Below, piece by piece: positions 62,555-64,000 of a stretch of 64,000 nt of DNA (position 1 is its first letter; each line of letters begins with the position of its first letter). Source of the stretch: Mobula hypostoma (lineage: Eukaryota). The notes beneath the pieces are model-generated. The model made no database searches and was not told where the DNA came from. It saw nothing but the letters and a program-made list of their open reading frames with translations. Made by a program: the position numbers and the translations under genes. Location: NCBI RefSeq assembly GCF_963921235.1, contig NC_086106.1, positions 21,948,001 to 22,012,000 on the forward strand. Reading direction: 5' to 3'.

Positions 62555-62960
62555 CCCTGCAGCTCTCATCCATCACTGCCTCATTCTCCCTTATGAGTCG
62601 AAGGTCATCCAGTTGCTGCTCTAGATTCCTCACACGGTCTTGCAGATCGCCCAGCCGCGTGCACTTCTGGCAGATGTGACTCTGCGGCACAGAGTAGTTC
62701 CCCCAAGACTGCCACATCTCACATGGCAGGAACTTCTCCGTCTCAGGAGGCATTGATAAGACTGTCTGGAAACAAGCTTGTCTTCCTCCTCTTCTCGTCG
62801 AAGCCTCTCGGCTCAAAGCCCCCAAAGTTCCACTCCTTCACTGACCCACTCACTCTATGGCCACTTTCCACATGCCGCTTAGCTTGCGCTACGCCTCTAT
62901 TTATTTGCCTGAGCTTTTCAAACTGCTTGGTCACCTGACCTCTATTGCGGTACATGCGTT
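62555..62960 (-). mobile_element. CR1 5' end (UTR + ORF1 zinc-finger/leucine-zipper start)
   Basis: Minus ORF CEMWQ...HICQKCTRLGDLQDRVRNLEQQLDDLRLIRENE. Confidence 0.85.
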
Positions 62961-63099
62961 ATGCATTACCTTATTATACGTCTCTTGTTCGAGCACAACA
63001 CTTTAATAGTGAAGAAAAGAGATTGTCCTGATCATGTTATTTTATTTATTTATTTATTTATTTATTTTTTAATGTCCTTTTCTTTGTGCTAATAAGTCC

Positions 63100-64000
63100 G
63101 GCGTCCGAATAAGCAGCGGGAGCAACGCACGGAGGAGTAAATGAATGTACAGAAGGGACAAACGGAGCGTCCATTATTGGGAGTGGAACAGAGGTAAGAA
63201 TAAAAGTGTTAGGCTTTGGTTCACATGAGGCTTTGGTTCAGAAGAGTAAGTGGCTTTGCGTAAGGGGTCCGGGAAATTTCTGTTAAGTTTCCCAGTGTTC
63301 TCACTGTGTAAGGGGAATTTAGTATAGTTTAATTGGCGGTTGTGTTCTTCATGTCGGATGACGTAGACATGGGAATACAGAGGCTCCCTGGAATCTGACA
63401 CAAAGTGAATCGCGTCGATATGCATTTCGTTGAAGACCACGTCAGAGATCTGAAACAGCAGCTGGATGATCTTAGCTTGAATGGGAGAATGTGGAGATTA
63501 TCGATCGGTCTGACAGAGAAGTGGTATCTCCTAAGATGTAGCACACGTGTGGCTGTGTCACTGTCAAGTGAAGGAATGGGACGGTGAATAGACAGTTTGC
63601 GCAGAACAGCCCTTCGGATATTCTCCTCAGTAATAAATATACAATTTGGATACTGTCGCGATGGGTTACCTCCCAAGCGACTGCCGCGGAGTACAGATTA
63701 CTGGCACTGAACATGAAACATGCCGCAGAATGGAAGGAGGGACGAGAGGGGATTTGTAGAGATTGAACAGTAGCCAGTAAAACACACAGGAGATTCCATG
63801 AACGTGAACGGCACATCGGATGGTAAGCTACCTTCCAGATGCCAGGGGCAGGGAAGTTGCCGATCGTGTCCACAGCATTTTGGAGGACGAATAATAGCAA
63901 CCACATGTGTTGGTACATATTGGTACTAATGACAAAGAAGGGAAAGCATGACGTTCCTGAGGAGGGAATATATAGAGATAGGCTAAGAACCAAAACATCC
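63100..64000 (+). mobile_element. CR1 5' portion (UTR + decayed ORF1), runs off the window
   Basis: DHVRDLKQQLDDL, and a VHIGTND esterase motif near 63910. Confidence 0.8.

Overview
Vertebrate genomic DNA from a cartilaginous fish (elasmobranch; a ray is plausible but is inference), with two N gaps (11834-12009, 30996-31135). The only host gene is one complete, unrearranged, cluster-type IgM heavy-chain locus on the + strand. It comprises leader (33981), VH with 23-RSS, D1 (12/22 RSS), D2 (12/12 RSS), JH (23-RSS), Cmu1-4 with secretory tail, TM1 and TM2 (ends 47664). As assembled, Cmu4 carries a +1 frameshift in an A7 run, and VH has Leu at the normally invariant FR2 Trp. The rest is mostly decayed transposons: many CR1 LINEs, Rex1/Babar and L2 fragments, a Tc1 remnant, SINEs, a solo LTR and a Gypsy LTR element. 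The most unusual observation is in that Gypsy element (55298-~62550). It has a PNMA-like gag, a tRNA-Pro PBS and a CR1 nested in its 5' LTR, and where RNase H/integrase should lie it carries an intronless, internally deleted myosin heavy chain (MYH16-like) rod fragment, i.e. apparent host-gene capture. Upstream of VH is an old head-to-tail duplication whose two copies both keep an octamer and an E-box at identical spacing. All family assignments come from reading and recalled sequences; no searches were run.
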